This document shows positions 22,863-36,700 of a stretch of 64,000 nucleotides of DNA, in pieces. Source of the stretch: Squalus acanthias. Lineage: Eukaryota. The stretch covers positions 20,586,001 to 20,650,000 of the forward strand of contig CM059432.1 in assembly GCA_030390025.1 (NCBI GenBank), in the 5' to 3' direction. The translations under genes were made by a program, and so were the position numbers. Under the pieces are notes generated by a model that was not told the origin of the DNA, searched no databases, and saw nothing but the letters and a program-made list of their open reading frames with translations. Every line of letters begins with the position of its first letter. The first letter of the stretch is position 1.

Positions 22863-23733
22863 TCTCTCCTCTACATTGGGGAGACCAAACGCAGATTGGG
22901 TGACCGCTTTGCGGAACACCTCCGTTCAGTCCGTAAGGGGGACGCCGAGCTCCCGGTGGCCTGTCACTTTAATTCACCATGAGTTCTGATGAAAGGTCAT
23001 CGACCTGAAACGTTAACTGTCTTTCTCTCTCCACGGATGCTACCTGGCCTGCTGAGTTTTTCCAGCGTTTTCTGTTGTTATTTCGGATTTCCAGCATCCG
23101 CAGTATTTTGCTATCACTTTAATTCACCGCTTCACTCCCACTCAGACCTCACCGTCCTCGGCCTCTTGCATTGTTCCACGGAAGCTCAGCGTAAGCTCGA
23201 GGAACAGCACCTCATCTTTCGATTAGGCACTCTACAGCCCTCTGGACTCAACATAGAGTTCAACAATTTCAGATCATAACCTCGGCCCCTATCCCATATA
23301 AATATATATTTTTTTTATCCACACTTTTTGTTTGGTCTTTTTGTCTTCCCTCCCACATGGCAGCTGTCCTTCATTCTGCCAGCGCAATTCACACTTCATC
23401 TAGAGCCATCCTTTGTTCCTTAACCTGTCCCATTACCACCGCCTCTTGCCTTGAATATCTCTTAGTGTCTCTCAATGTCTCTTAATCTCTCTTGCTTTCT
23501 ATCCTATCACTGACCTTCCCTTTTGTTCTTTCATCCCCTCCCCCTTTTCCCAGCCCCTAAACTTGCTTTAAAATCTATTCCATTTCCTGCTTTTTTCCAG
23601 TTCTGACAAAAGGTCTTCGACCTGAAACGTTAACTCTGTTTCTCTCTCCACGGATGCTGCCTTGGCTGCTGAGTTTTTCCAGTGTTTTCTGTTGTTATTT
23701 CGGATTTCCAGCATCCGCAGTACTTTGCTATTG
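22863..23733 (+). mobile_element. Penelope-like element 3' fragment with duplicated pLTR piece
   Basis: LYIGETKRRLGDRFAEHLRSV. A pLTR piece at 22980-23113 is flanked by the repeated tcactttaattcacc. Second pLTR at ~23590-23733. Confidence 0.85.
22981..23019 (+). ncRNA. Minimal hammerhead ribozyme motif
   Basis: gagtt-CUGAUGA-aaggtc-atc-gacct-GAAA-cGUU-aact. Confidence 0.65.
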
Positions 23734-23739
23734 TATTCC

Positions 23740-25135
23740 TAGACATCTGTTGGGGGACAGATTGCTGGAGTGCTGTGAGACCCTGCAAGCCCCTTATTAC
23801 ACTGGTAAATGCAGCCATGATGGCTGCAGTCTGAGCTTTCACTGCAGCACTGAGACATTGGATCGCTTCCGCCTGTGCTGCAATGGAAGCTGCGACATAG
23901 CCCGTCACACGCAGCATCATGGCTGGGTCCACAAGGTCTCTCGTGGAGTTGTCCATGCTTTCCAGCCTGGAAATCATGGGCTCCAAGCTCCACACAAAGC
24001 CCCATGCAATGTTGGAGCCAGACTCCTCCATGCTGCTTGACACTGACAAGAGGCTCTCTGGCCGGCTTGCCATTGCACCAAGCATTTCTGTGTGCATGCC
24101 CATCACCCTCCTCCTGAAGGCCGCACCATTGAGGTCATCATCTGAGTTCTGTGCAGCAGAACTCATGCGCGAACTCGCCCTCCGGGGAGCTAGCACTCGA
24201 GCTACCCTTTCCTCCTGGACTGGCTGCAGCCCACTCGTGCCCGGTGACTCACCCTGAGCAGATCCCGCCTCTATACTACCCTCTAAAGTAGGCGCAGTGC
24301 CAGTTTCTGAGCTGGTGCCTGTGAGTGTCAGATGCAGTGATAATGTGTCTTCTTCTCTATCACTGTCCTGCTCCATCACTTCAGGGGCAGGCTGGGCTGC
24401 TGCCAGTTCTTGAGTATCTGAAAGGAGAAATGCACAAGGATTGGATTGTGGTGAGGGGAGGGGGGGAAAGCAAGATAGCCATGCGTACACCATCAGCGGC
24501 TTGTAAGTGAGAAGAGATTGTGGGAATGAGGGGGAAGTGGGATGTGAGAGGAAGGATTAGGTATAAGCATAGCGTCATCATCAGCAATACTTTCAAGTTC
24601 CCCGCTCCCCACGAACTCTGTGACTGTCCCTCCAATTATGTTGAAAACTGTTTCCTCTAGCTCCCTGAGGTTCTGAAGTGTGGCTTCCCCTCCAGTCGTC
24701 TGCTGCTGCTCCTGGTGGTTGTGAGCCACCTTTGACTGCAAGAGAAAGGGAAGTGTGTCAGTGAGTGTGGTGCAATGTGTTTGAGTGATGTGCCTGCCAG
24801 TGTGTGCAAGGTGTACAATGTGAGTCTTGCAGCAATGGTAACTGTGTGAGGGTGAAGTGAAGTTATGATTGTGAGGTATGAATGGTAATTTGGTAGAGAT
24901 TGTTGGTAGGCGAGTGATGGGGGTGTGGTGCATTGAGCAGTGTGTGAGGCTTGTGGTGGGATACTTGATGATGCATTCACTGACCTTGACCACTCATGTG
25001 AGGTCATTAAACATTTTGCGGCACAGGGTCCAGGTCCTGGGGACAACACTCGTCGCAGTGACGGCTTCAGCGATCTCCTCCCACAGCCTTCTGGTGTTCA
25101 ACTTGAAGGTCTCCTGCCCCGCTGCGGGTAGAAGA
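23740..25135 (-). pseudogene. Harbinger Myb/SANT gene, three exon-like blocks
   Basis: LWEEIAEAVTATSVVPRTWTLCRKMFNDL (~25135-24983, followed by a gtcagt donor), then SKVAHN...ELEETVFNIIG (~24735-24585), then a low-complexity/coiled-coil exon (~24420-23740). Confidence 0.7.
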
Positions 25136-25821
25136 CCTCACGGCATCTTTGTACCCCAAGGACCAAGCCCTCCAGTGCCGCATCCGAAAATCTCCTTGCC
25201 CTTTCCCTTGGTTGTTGGGCCATGGCTCTGTTCACAATGACAATGCGGTGCTTCTGCAACAAAGCTCCTCCCCTTTAACTGGAGCAGGGAGCCTATGCCA
25301 AACTTCATTGGCCAGTAGACTGCACCCAATATTGGCTCCCTGTTCAGCGCTAAGCCAATCAGCAGCGCGTTTAGCGCTGAGATCAATGCTGCAATCATTA
25401 GAATGAGTAGGCAGCACGAATTTTGCGTGCTGCCTGCACCACTTTGAATGGCCGCGGGCACATAGCGCTGCGCGATGCCCTTACCCGTTTTCGGGCCTTA
25501 TCTGTTTAGCAGTAGTTTATTACTGATTGGTAATGAGTCTCAGGTGTCACTGCTGGAGCTGACGTTGTTGGTGACTTGTTCTCTTGTTTTAGTTTTTCTC
25601 ATTCCTTTCACCCTGCTATTTTTTCACCTTTCTCCTGACACTGTTCTTCAGTCTTCTCTTTGGTGATAAAATTCCAATAACTTTATCAGTGTGAGTAGTG
25701 AGATTTCCCATCTTGTACTCATTCCTGACTTTTACACTAAAATTCTTGACAGAAAGAATTTCACCTCCTTTGTTGCTTTCGCTCCCAGTTTATTTCTCTC
25801 ATCTTTTATGTGCTTTTATGT

Positions 25822-26285
25822 GTCAGCCAGTGGCTCAGTTGGTAGCACTCTTGCCTCTGAGTCAGAAGATTGTGGGTTCAAGTCACACTCTAGAGACTTG
25901 AGCACAAAAATCTAGGCTGACACTCCAGTGCTGAGGGAGTGCTGCACTGTCGGAGGTGTTGTCTTTTGGATGAGATGTTAAACCGAGGCCCCGTCTACCC
26001 CTCAGATGGATGTAAAAGATCCCATGGTACTATTTCGAAGAAGAGCGGGGAGTTATCCCCGGTGTCCTGGCCAATATTTATCCCTCAATCTACAGCACTA
26101 AAAAACAGATTATCTAGTCATTATCACATTGCTGTTTGTGGGAGCTTGCTGTGCGCAAATTGGCGGCTGCATTTCCTACATTACAACAGTGACCACACTT
26201 CAAAAAGTACTTAATTGGCTGTAAAGCGCTTTGGAACGTCCGGTGGTCATGAAAGGTGCTATATAAATGCAAGTCTTTCTTTTTT
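25822..26285 (+). mobile_element. DeuSINE (SacSINE1-like), full length
   Basis: tRNA head tggctcagttggtagc...ggttcaagtc, Deu-like core, and tail aggtgctatataaatgcaagtctttc. Confidence 0.85.
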
Positions 26286-26599
26286 TCTCTATGTTTGCCT
26301 ATTTCTCCAAGTTTTCCTTTGTTTTTCTCAGTCTGTCTCTCTTTGGCTCTTTATCTCTCTCTATATCTATGACTCTGTCTCTGTGGTGCCTCTGCCAGCT
26401 TGGCTAAGGCTGGTAGTATTCTAGCTGTTGAGTCAGAAAGCATTGCCTGCTCCAGGACTAGAGCATGCAATGCATGTTGACACTTTCGTGCAATATTAAA
26501 GAAGTGCTGTTGGAGGTGCTATCCTTCAAATGAGACGTTAAATCAATACTCTGTCTACCTGATGTCCTCTAGTTGTTCAACCAACACTGAAACAATTAC

Positions 26600-27130
26600 A
26601 AAGTTACAAAGTATTTATAGCACAAAAACAGGCCCAATGGGTCCATGTCGGTGTATGTGCTCCACACGAGCCTCCTCCCACCCCTCTTCATTGAACCCCA
26701 TCAACATATCCTTATTTTCCTTTCTTCCTCATGTGTTTATCTAGCTTCCACTTAAATACATCTATGCTATTCGCCTGAACTACTTGTGATAGCGCGTTCC
26801 ACATTCTAACCACTCTCTGGGTAGTAATGAGGTTTCTCCTGAATTCCCTATTGGATTTATTAGTGACTATCTTATATTTATGGCCCCTGGTTCTAGTCTC
26901 ATCCGCAAGAGGAAACATCCTTGCTATGTCTACCCTATCGAACCCTTTCATAATCTTAAAGACCTCTATCAGGTCACCGCTCAGTCTTCTCTTTTAAAGA
27001 GAAAAGAGCCCCAGCCTGTTCAATCTCTCCTGATAGGTATAACCTCTCAGTTCTGGTATCATTCTAGTAAATCTTTATGGCACCTGCTCCAGTGCCTCTC
27101 TATCCTTTTTATAATGTGGAGACCAGAACT
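26600..27130 (-). mobile_element. CR1 3' fragment inserted in an older DeuSINE (26400-27300)
   Basis: ORF 26712..26951 KGFDRVD...TRGHKYK...RVVRMWNAL. Confidence 0.8.
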
Positions 27131-28234
27131 GTCATTAACTTGTCATTAATCTCATTGCTGTTTGTGGGGCATTGCTTTACGCAAAACAGCTGTTGAATTT
27201 GCCTACATAGTCACTGCTCTTCAAAGTAATTTATTGTATCTGAAGCACTTTGAGATATTCCTGCAAGATGTGATAATGTATTTTGTAAATTCATGTCTTT
27301 CTTTCTATTTTATCTCTTTTTCTGTCTGTGTCCTCCTTTTCATCTATCCATCTGTCTCTATCTGTTGTCTAACTACATGTCTAATTGTTTCTGTTGCTGC
27401 CTGTCTCAGTTTGCCCTGTTCTATCTGCCTGTCCGTTTCTGTATCTGTCAACTCTTTGCTTTCTTTCTTCGTTCTCTGCATTCTCCTCTTTTGTTCTCTG
27501 CATTTGATCTCCAGTTTTATCTTTTTCCCAATCCTCTGTTTTCTGTTTTATAAAAACAATAAGAACATATGGGCTAGAACTTCAACAGCAATTCCCTGAA
27601 TATCCATCGTAACTTTGGCAGAAGAACGGTGGAAATGGTATAAACGGATGTTTCTCCAGGGTTTCTGTCACACTTAATGCAGGAGATCAGAAGATCCCCT
27701 GTGAAAATTACTGGTGGTCATGAACAGCGGCTGGGCCAACACAAACTGAGCCCTTAAAAGTCTCTGACCATTGATGGATACCAATTATAAGGTAAGCGGG
27801 TTGTTACAGATACTGATCTCAGAGTGGCAACTGTATGGCATTGAGGGGGTTGGAAGACGTTGTTCTAATTGTATGTTACTCCATGTCCAGTGACAAATGA
27901 GCTTGCCAGGAGAGATTTGACAGGAACGTAGGCTATTTCTTCAAATACTTTGTACCCTGCCTGGTATTTTCTTTTGCCATTTTTCTCACTTTTTATCCCT
28001 TCTTCTCCTGAAGGTATTGACATCCTGGGATATGATATTAGGGGTGCATGTAGCCCTCTGGTACCTTGCTTAAATGGCCATTCCTCAATGTGTGAGCCTT
28101 AGATAGTGGAAGTTGACAGGCTATTTGAACACAGAAAGCATCCACAGCTGAGCCTAGTCTTGCTCTCACCCAATTTCTATTTATATATACACACATATAC
28201 ACCACCGATTCCATCTCCCTCCCTGGCCACTGTC

Positions 28235-28775
28235 TCAGACTGGCCACAACCTCAGCATCCTATTTTACCCTGAGCTGAGCTTCCGACCCCATATCCTCTC
28301 CATCACAAAGTCTGCCTACTATCATCTCCATAACATTGCCCTTCTCTGCCCCTGCTTCAGCTTATCTGATGCTGCGACCCTGATCCATGCTTCTGTTACC
28401 TCCAGATTCGACTATTCCAATGCTCTCCTGGCCGACCTCCCATCTTCCACCCTCCATAAACTTGAGTTCATCCAAAACTCTGCTGCCCGTATTCTAACCT
28501 ACACCAAGGCCTCCTCACCCATCACTCCTGTACTTGCTGTCCAACAATGTCTCCAGGTCCATCTATGCCTTCATTTTAAAATTCTCATGATCATCTTCAA
28601 ATTTGTCGATGGACCCGCCCCTCCCTATCTCTGCAACCTCTTCCACCCCTACAATACTCCAAGAACTCTGCAATTTTTTCAACTCTGGAATCTTGTGCAT
28701 CCCCCACTCCCTTTGCCCCACAATTAGCGGCTGTACCCTCTGCTGTAAGCCCCGAGCTCTGGAGTTCCCTCCCTG
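28235..28775 (+). mobile_element. L2 LINE 3' fragment
   Basis: LIHASVTSRFDYSNALL...IQNSAARIL motif. Confidence 0.8.
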
Positions 28776-29109
28776 AACCTCAGTACTGCACTGGAGTGCC
28801 GGCCTAGATTTTGTACTCAAGTCCCTGGAGTGCCACTATGAACCCAGAATCTTCTGACTCGGAGGCAAGAGTTCTACCAATGAGCCACGGCTGGCATCTA
28901 AATGGAAAATGTCTGCGGATGATGTCACCGATTGGCAGCATGTAGATGAGGAACAGGAAGGGGCTAAGGATGTATCTTTAGTTGACTGCCAGGGTAATAT
29001 TGCGTGGCAGAAAGAGAAGTCATTGATAGAATTCCCCTGGCTATGCTTAGATAGGCTACGGGGAGGTTGAGGAGGATGACAAGGGGTAATGCTGCCACAA
29101 TCTCAGCAA

Positions 29110-29463
29110 CGGTAACATAGTGGTAATGTTACTGGACTAGTAATCCAGAGACCTGGACTAATAATCCAGTGACAAAAGTTCAAATCCCACCACGGCAGTC
29201 TGGGGAGTTTAAATTCAGTTAATTAAATAAATGTGGAAAAGCTAATACCAGACCATGAAACTACTGGATTGTCAGAAAAACCTATCTGGCTCACTAATGT
29301 CCTTTAGGGAAGGAAATCTGCCGTCCTTACCTGGTCTGGCTTATATGTTGACTCTTAACTGTCCTCTGAAATGGCTAGCAAGCCACTCAAGGGCAATTAG
29401 GGATGGGCAATAAATGCTGGCCTTGCCAGTGACGCCCACATCCTGTGAATGAATTAAAAAAAT
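29110..29463 (+). mobile_element. tRNA-derived SINE sharing the 3' tail of LINE family B
   Basis: A/B-box-like head (tagtggtaatg...gttcaaatccc) and tail aagggcaattagggatgggcaataaatgctggccttgccag...aaaa. Confidence 0.75.
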
Positions 29464-32194
29464 AATCATAACCACAGAGAAATTGGTTCATGACTTTGGT
29501 TAGTTTAATTTCGGTCTGATTGGAAACCTGATTGGAGAGATTCCAAAGTTGCATGAGAGATTGGCACAGAATCTAACAGCCACTTTTTTGCTATATGCAA
29601 AAGGCTGCCACAAAACCCCACCGTTTCATATGAAACTGCCAATATTTTTATGATGAAATTAAGTTGGTTTGTGGTAAAACAAAACATACATCTAAAGAAC
29701 GCCGAATAGCTCAAGGAGAAGTACTTGCAACCACCTAGATATCTTAGACACTCTTGGGTCATATGTCCTCCTGCCTTTTTGCGGTTTATTCTGAGTCATT
29801 TGTTTCTTTCCATTGTGCATCTTCCATTTAATTTTATTGCAATGAATCAGCAAATCAGTTGTGCATCGACTTTCATTATTCACACCCATGGAATAAATAT
29901 CCTTTCTTGTATGACCAGATATTGTAAACAAGCCGCTTCTGTATCCATGGAAACCTGAACTGAAAGTAAACCTGCTTGTTAAATGAATAAGGTTGGAAAA
30001 AGAGGTTTGAATTATTCGTGAATTATACGTGGGTGAGAAAGTGCACTTTGAAGATTTTGAGTAATCTTGGTTATAGAAAAAGTGCAAGTATTTTCAATTC
30101 AGAGACAACCTATTATATAGAAATCATAAGCCATAATTGCATCTCCATGATTCTTGAAATATTAGTTCTCGACAGTTTTCTACAACAGGTTTTTATAATG
30201 CTGCTGTAATTTAAATTTCATTTTGTGCAATAAATTACGAGTTTAATTATGTGGTTTGGTGATGTGTCATTAAAGACTCCACAGATAGGTGAATATAGAT
30301 TCAGAATAAAAAAAACAGCTGTGTCATCAGGGGCGTTGAGAGCGACAAATATTCCCACACATCATACACATTTGTCCTAATATGGGAGCCATGTGGGATG
30401 TTAACCTTTCATTTCTGTCACGATTCATTTTCTGAGTTAATAATTAGATTGGATCAGTGCAAAAATTCCATAAGCTTACCGTTCGCAAATATTAAACTGC
30501 AGCCAACCTCTTGATAAGGATGACTCAATCCTAGCAGGGAAAAAACAATCTTCAGAGAAAGGAATATTTAAGGGTCACCGTCGCGTATTATAATGACGAG
30601 GTGTAAGTGGAGGAGTGCACAGTGATGTGGCAACTTCACTATATTGTTTTGTCTGCCCTCATTCATTTTGAAGTTAGCAGGAAAATTAAGAAAGCAAAAT
30701 GCATTGCAAAAGTTTCAGCTTCCCTTGATCCATGGCATGGAATTGACTGCTGCATAAATGATCTTATTTGCCAAACTGAAAACGTCCAGTGAGGTGACAA
30801 TGCTCCTTTAAGAATGAAAGTGCATTGAAATTAATACATTTGGATGTTAAACATTAAACATACTAATCCAAATTTATCAATAAAAACAGACTGGAAATTT
30901 AAAAGGTCAAACCCTATCTTTTCGTCCACTCACTGAGCCAAAGCGAGAGTGTGCTTCAAGTAAACCCACCCCCCTCCCACTTTTCATGCTTCACTTCCTC
31001 TTTTCCCCTGTTTATAAATGGCGGGAGGCCTGGTGAATTCTGACGACTTTATTTTTCCTCAGAGCTGCTCCTGCTCCAGCGTTTACGGGCATATAAGGGG
31101 ATTCTGCTGCACTTCTGGCGAAGTTACAGCAGCAGAGCGGGGAGAGGTTCCATGGAAATTCCTACCATGGCCTCAATCCCATTTACGATAACTTACGCTG
31201 AAATTTTTGCTGGTTCATACGCCGATCTTGCCAATGGGAAATAATGCACAAATTTCCTGTGGAGCTCATTTGCTGACGCCGCAACATAAAAATCGATGCA
31301 GAACAAGTGCAAATACAGAACGACTGATGGGGGTAACAGCGACTGGGCTGCTGCCTTCTGTCGTGGTGCCTCGCTCTCAAAGCCTCTTGCCTCTGCTGCT
31401 CCTCTTTCTCTCCATTATGATGCAGAACCGGGGTATGTCCATTGGGAAGGCCATTCTAGCTGCTTAGACCTTCAGGTGCACAGAGACTGACAGCACTTTG
31501 GTTAAGTATGATACAAGTCTCAGAACATAAAAACATAAGGATTAGGAGCAGGAGTAAGCCATACAGCCCCTCGAGTCTGCTCCACCATTCAATAAGATCA
31601 TGGCTGATCTTCGACCTCAATTCTACTTTCCTGCCCGATCTCCACATCCCTTCGTTCCCCGAGAGTCCAATGAGTCCAAGTAAGAACATTAAAAAAAAAT
31701 GCAAATTAAATCACTATCAAACTCCAGAAATCTCAGTTATGCCAATATTGGGGGATTTCTGACCATGCTGCACCTACATTTTTGAGTCTACATCTACGTC
31801 AGTGCATTATTAGTGTAAATGCAGGAAGCTCCCGTGAGCTGGTCTTTTGTATGTGGCGGGGCGATATAAATAAGTGGCAAAGGTTTTAGGCGGACGTATC
31901 TTGGAAAGGATTGAGGAAATTCACACGATGATTCATTGTAAAACCGCCGTAAGTCAGTTAACCCGCAAATCTCCTCGCAAGCAAATGGTGCTCTGCAGCT
32001 CTTATGCCATAGTTGCGCTGAAAAGTTCCAGGCAAACCTGAGCCTATATGTTTTTGGCCAGGGTGCAACCCCAGGATGATTGGAGTTTGAGCATTCAGCT
32101 ATTCACTGGACTGTGAGCATGAATGGACTTGGATTTAGCTGGTTGAGCAATGTATTAGACCTCAGAATATTCTTGCACTGTTATCTGCAAACTG

Positions 32195-32880
32195 TAGGTA
32201 CAGCAGGCAGTTAAGAAGGCAAATGGTATGTTGACCTTCGTAGCGAAAGGGTTTGAGTACAGGAACAGGGATGTCCTGCTGCAGTTGTACAGGGCCTTGG
32301 TGAGGCCACACCTTGAGTACTGTGTGCAGTTTTGGTTGCCTTATCTGAGGAAGGATGTTCTTGCCATGGAGGGTATGCAGCGAAGATTCACCAAACTGAT
32401 ACCTGGGATGGCAGGAATGACGTACGAGGAGAGATTGGGTCGATTGGGCTTATGCTCGCTGGAGTTTAGAAGAATGAGAGGCGATCTCATTGAAACTTAT
32501 AAAATTCTAACAGGGCTAGACAGACTGGATGCAGGAAGGATGTTCCTGATGGCAGGTGAGTCCAGAACAAGAGGTCACAGTCTAAAGATAAGGGGTAAGC
32601 CATTTAGGACAGAGATGAGGAGGAATTTCTTCACCCAGAGAGTGGTGAACCTGTGGAATTCTCTACCACAGAAGGCAGTTGAGGCCAAGTCAGTAAATAT
32701 ATTCAAGAAGGAGTTAGATATATTTCTTAAGGCGAAAGGGATCAAGGGATATGGGGAGAAGGCAGGGACAGGGTACTGAGTTTGGATGATCAGCCATGAT
32801 CTCATCGAATGGCGGAGCAGGCTCGAGGGGCCGAATGGCCTACTCCTGCTCCTATCTTCTATGTTTCTATGTTTCTATGT
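32195..32880 (+). mobile_element. CR1 3' fragment
   Basis: ORF 32228..32779 and a (tttctatg)n tail. Confidence 0.9.
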
Positions 32881-32889
32881 ATACTCCAT

Positions 32890-33756
32890 GGGGGAAAAGT
32901 TCGGTTGCTTAGCGCCTCCCGTTAGCAAAGCAACTAGCGCCCGGACGCGGCGATGTTTTCGCCGCTCGTGAAATTGACTAGACATTTTGCGGCGGCGCTA
33001 AACAAAATTGCCATGATCTCCTGCGCCCAAAGATTGTGACGTCAGTCGAGCATGCAGTGCCCTGGTAGCGCCCCGGACCGGATATTGAGTGGCGCCCCCT
33101 GCTTTACTGCCTGCAAATGGCAAACGACAGGTTGAGGGGAGCATTTTGCAGTCGGGAAGGAACTGGGGGAGCGCTATTTAAAGGTGACCGCTTCCTGCCT
33201 TTTTTTGTCGGCGACATTTTTGCACCACACATTCTGAGAGAGAGAGAGAGACTTCTGGAAAGATTCAACGCTGTGTGAAGGAGTTTTGGGTACTGAGCAG
33301 CACTTTGCAGGGTCATTTTGATTTGACCTTCCTTGCATCAATTTAGAAGAGACTATGGGGGCTGCACTCTGAGCTGTTTCCCTGGGTCTCTCCATTGTTC
33401 TTTCCAGCAGATTTGATGTACAGGTCTCTCCAGGCCGAGATTCAAGGCTGCAATGAGCAGGGTGTGGATGGAGAGCAAGATCGACCCTCCACTTTAAGAA
33501 CTGTCCGGCGCCAGTGTGTCTGTGTTCCATTGCTGACTGAGATCACGTGAGCTTCGCCCGCGCTCTGAGTTAGCGCCTCGCTCCTCGGCCTTTGCGCCTT
33601 AAGACAGGTGTGTAGCGCCCAATTTAGCACTCCAAACACCTCCAGGGCCGATAAAAGCCAAGTTTGCAGTCGGAGGCGATAATTAACGGCAGGCGCTAAA
33701 CTTTGCGCCCAGCCGATAATTGCGCCCCAAACGGGGCGATACCGAATTTCTCCCCC
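32890..33756. mobile_element. Harbinger-type MITE
   Basis: TIRs gggggaaaagttcggt / accgaatttctccccc, with TSD CAT. Confidence 0.75.
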
Positions 33757-33769
33757 CATGAGTGTACAT

Positions 33770-36700
33770 TAGGGTGACCATATTTTCTGAACTGAATCCG
33801 GGGACACACAGGGTGGGAGCACAGCAATGTAGCCAGGATGGAAAATGTAGGGTGCACAGCGTAGCGAGGCAAAATTTTTCAGCAGCCTATATTTTAAGAG
33901 TTGCACATATACACCACAAATGCGAAACAAATGTGCATATAATTAATGTGGATGTGACGTCACAGTATTGAAGTGCATTGAGTGTCACTCAGTTGTAACT
34001 AACCGCTACGAAACAAAATAATAAGAATGAAACCGGACGGACCACCCGGCATCGACCTCGGCACCGGCTACGGACACGGCAACGGCACACCCAGCCCAGT
34101 CAACCCTGCAAAGTCCTCCTCACCAACATCTGGGGACTTGTGCCAAAATTGGGAGAGATGTCCCACAGACTAGTCAAGCAACAGCCTGACATAGTCATAC
34201 TCACAGAATCATACCTTTCAGCCAATGTCCCAAAATCCTCCATCACCATCCCTGAGTATGTCCTGTCCCACCAGCAGGACAGACCCACCAGGGGTGGTGG
34301 CACAGTAGTATACAGTCGGGAAGGAGTGGCCCTGGAAGTCCTCAACATTGACTCCGGACCCCATGAAGTCTCATGGCTTCAGGTCAAGCATGGGCAAGGA
34401 AAACTCATACTAATTACTACCTACCGCCCTCCCTCAGCTGATGAATCAGTACTCCTCCATGTTGAACATCACTTGGAAGAAGCACTGAGAGTAGCAAGGG
34501 CACAGAATGTACTCTGGGTGGGGGACTTCAATGTCCATCACCAAGAGTGGCTCGGTAGAACCACTACTGACCGAGCTGGCCGAGTCCTGAAGGACATAAC
34601 TACCAGTCTGGGCCTGCGACAGGTGGTGAGTGAACCAACAAGAGGGAAAAACCTACTTGACCTCGTCCTCACCAATCTACCTGTCACAGATGCATCTGTC
34701 CATGACAGCATTGGCAGCAGTGACCACCGCACAGTCATTGTGGAGACGAAGTCCCGTCTTCACACTGAGAACACCCTCCATCGTGTTGTGTGGCACTACC
34801 ACCGTGCTAAATGGGATAGATTCAGAACAGATCTAGCAGCTCAAAACTGGGCATCCATGAGGCGCTGTGGGCCATCAGCAGCAGCAGAATTGTATTCCAC
34901 CACAATCTCATGGCCCGGCATATCCCTCACTCTACCATTACCACCAAGCCAGGGGACCAACCATGGTTCAACAACGAGTGTAGAAGAGCATGCCAGGAGC
35001 AGCACCAGGCGTACCTAAAAATGAGGTGCCAACCTGGGGAAGCTGCAACACAGGACAACATGCATGCTAAAAAGTGGAAGCAGTATGCTATAGACAGGGC
35101 TAAGTGATCCCACAATCAACGGATCAGATCAAAGCTCTGCAGTCCTGCCACATCCAGTCGTGAGTGGTGGTGGACCATTAAACAACTAACAGGAGGAGGA
35201 GGCTCCAAGAATATCCCCATCCTCAATGATGGTGGAGCCCAGCACGTGAGTGCAAAAGACAAGGCTGAAGCGTTAACTTCAGCCAGAAGTGCCAAGTGGA
35301 TGATCTTCCGAGGTCCTCACCATCACAGAAGCCATTCTTCAGCCAATTCAATTCACTCCACGTGATATCAAGAAACGGCTGAGCGCACTGGATACAGCAA
35401 AGGCTATGGGCACCGACAACATCACAGCTATTGTGCTGAAGACTTGTGCTCCAGCCTCTAGCCAAGCTGTTCCAGTACAGCTACAACACTGGCATCTATC
35501 CGACAATGTGGAAAACTGCCCAGGTATGTCCTGTCCACAAAAAGCAGGACAAATCCAACCCGGCCAATTACCACCCCATCAGTCTACTCTCAATCATCAG
35601 CAAAGTGATGGAAGGTGTCTTCGACAGTGCTATCAAGCGGCACTTACTCACCAATAACCTGCTCACTGATGCCCAGTTTGGCTTCCATCACGACCACTCG
35701 GCTCCCGACCTCATTACAGCCTTGGTCGAAACATGGACAAAGGAGCTGAATTCCAGAGGTGAGTTGAGAGTGACTGCCCTTGACATCAAGGCAGCATTTG
35801 ACCAAGTCTGGCATCAAGGAGCCCTAGTAAAACTGAAGTCAGTGGGAATCAGGGGGAAAACGCTCCACTGGCTGGAGTCACACCTAGCACAAAGGAAGCT
35901 GGTTGTGGTGGTTGAAGGTCAATCATCACAGCCCCAGGACATCGCTGCAGGAGTTCCTCAGGGCAGTGTCCTAGGCCCAACCATCTTCAGCTGCTTCATC
36001 AATGACCTTCTCTCCAACATAAGGTCAGAAATGGGGATGTTCGCTGATGACTGCACAGTGTTCAGCGCCATTCGCAACTCTACAGATAATGAAGCAGTCC
36101 ATGCCCACATGCAACAAGACCTGGACGATGTTCAGGCTTGGGCTGATAAGTGGCAGGTAACATTCGCGCCACAGAAGTGCCAGGCAATGACTATCTCCAA
36201 CAAGCGAGAGTCTAACCATCTCCCCTTGACATTCAACGGTATTACCATCGTTGAATCCCCCACCATCAACATCCTGGGGGTCACCATTGACCAGAAACTT
36301 AACTGGACCAGCCACATAAATACTGTGGCTATAAGAGCAGGTCAGAGGCTGGGTATTCTGCGGCGAGTGTCTCATCTCCTGACTCCCCAAAGCCTTTCCA
36401 CCATCTACAAGGCACAAGTAAGGAGTGTGATGGAATACTCTCCAGTTGCCTGGATGAGTGCAGCTCCAACAACACTCAAGAAGCTCGACACCATCCAGGA
36501 CAAAGCAGCCCGCTTGATTGGCACCCCATCCACCACCTTAAACATTCACTCCCTCCACCACCGGCGTACCGTGGCTGCAGTGTGTACCATCTACAAGATG
36601 CACTGCAGCAACTCGCCAAGGCTTCTTCGGCAGCACCTCCCAAACCCACAACTTCTTCCACCTAGAAGGACAAGGGCAGCAGGCGCATGGGAACACCACC

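Larger units (their letters stand above)
21737..25497. mobile_element. Degenerate autonomous-type PIF/Harbinger transposon
   Basis: Imperfect TIRs ggccgcgaaattgg / cccgttttcgggcc, with convergent transposase and Myb/SANT genes. TSD not recovered. Confidence 0.7.

Noticed and set aside
25822..25900. tRNA gene
   Set aside because: It is the tRNA-derived head of a SINE, continuous with the SINE body, with no complete cloverleaf.
27162..27599. Hydrophobic multi-TM-looking ORF
   Set aside because: It derives from CT-rich low-complexity sequence after a SINE tail.
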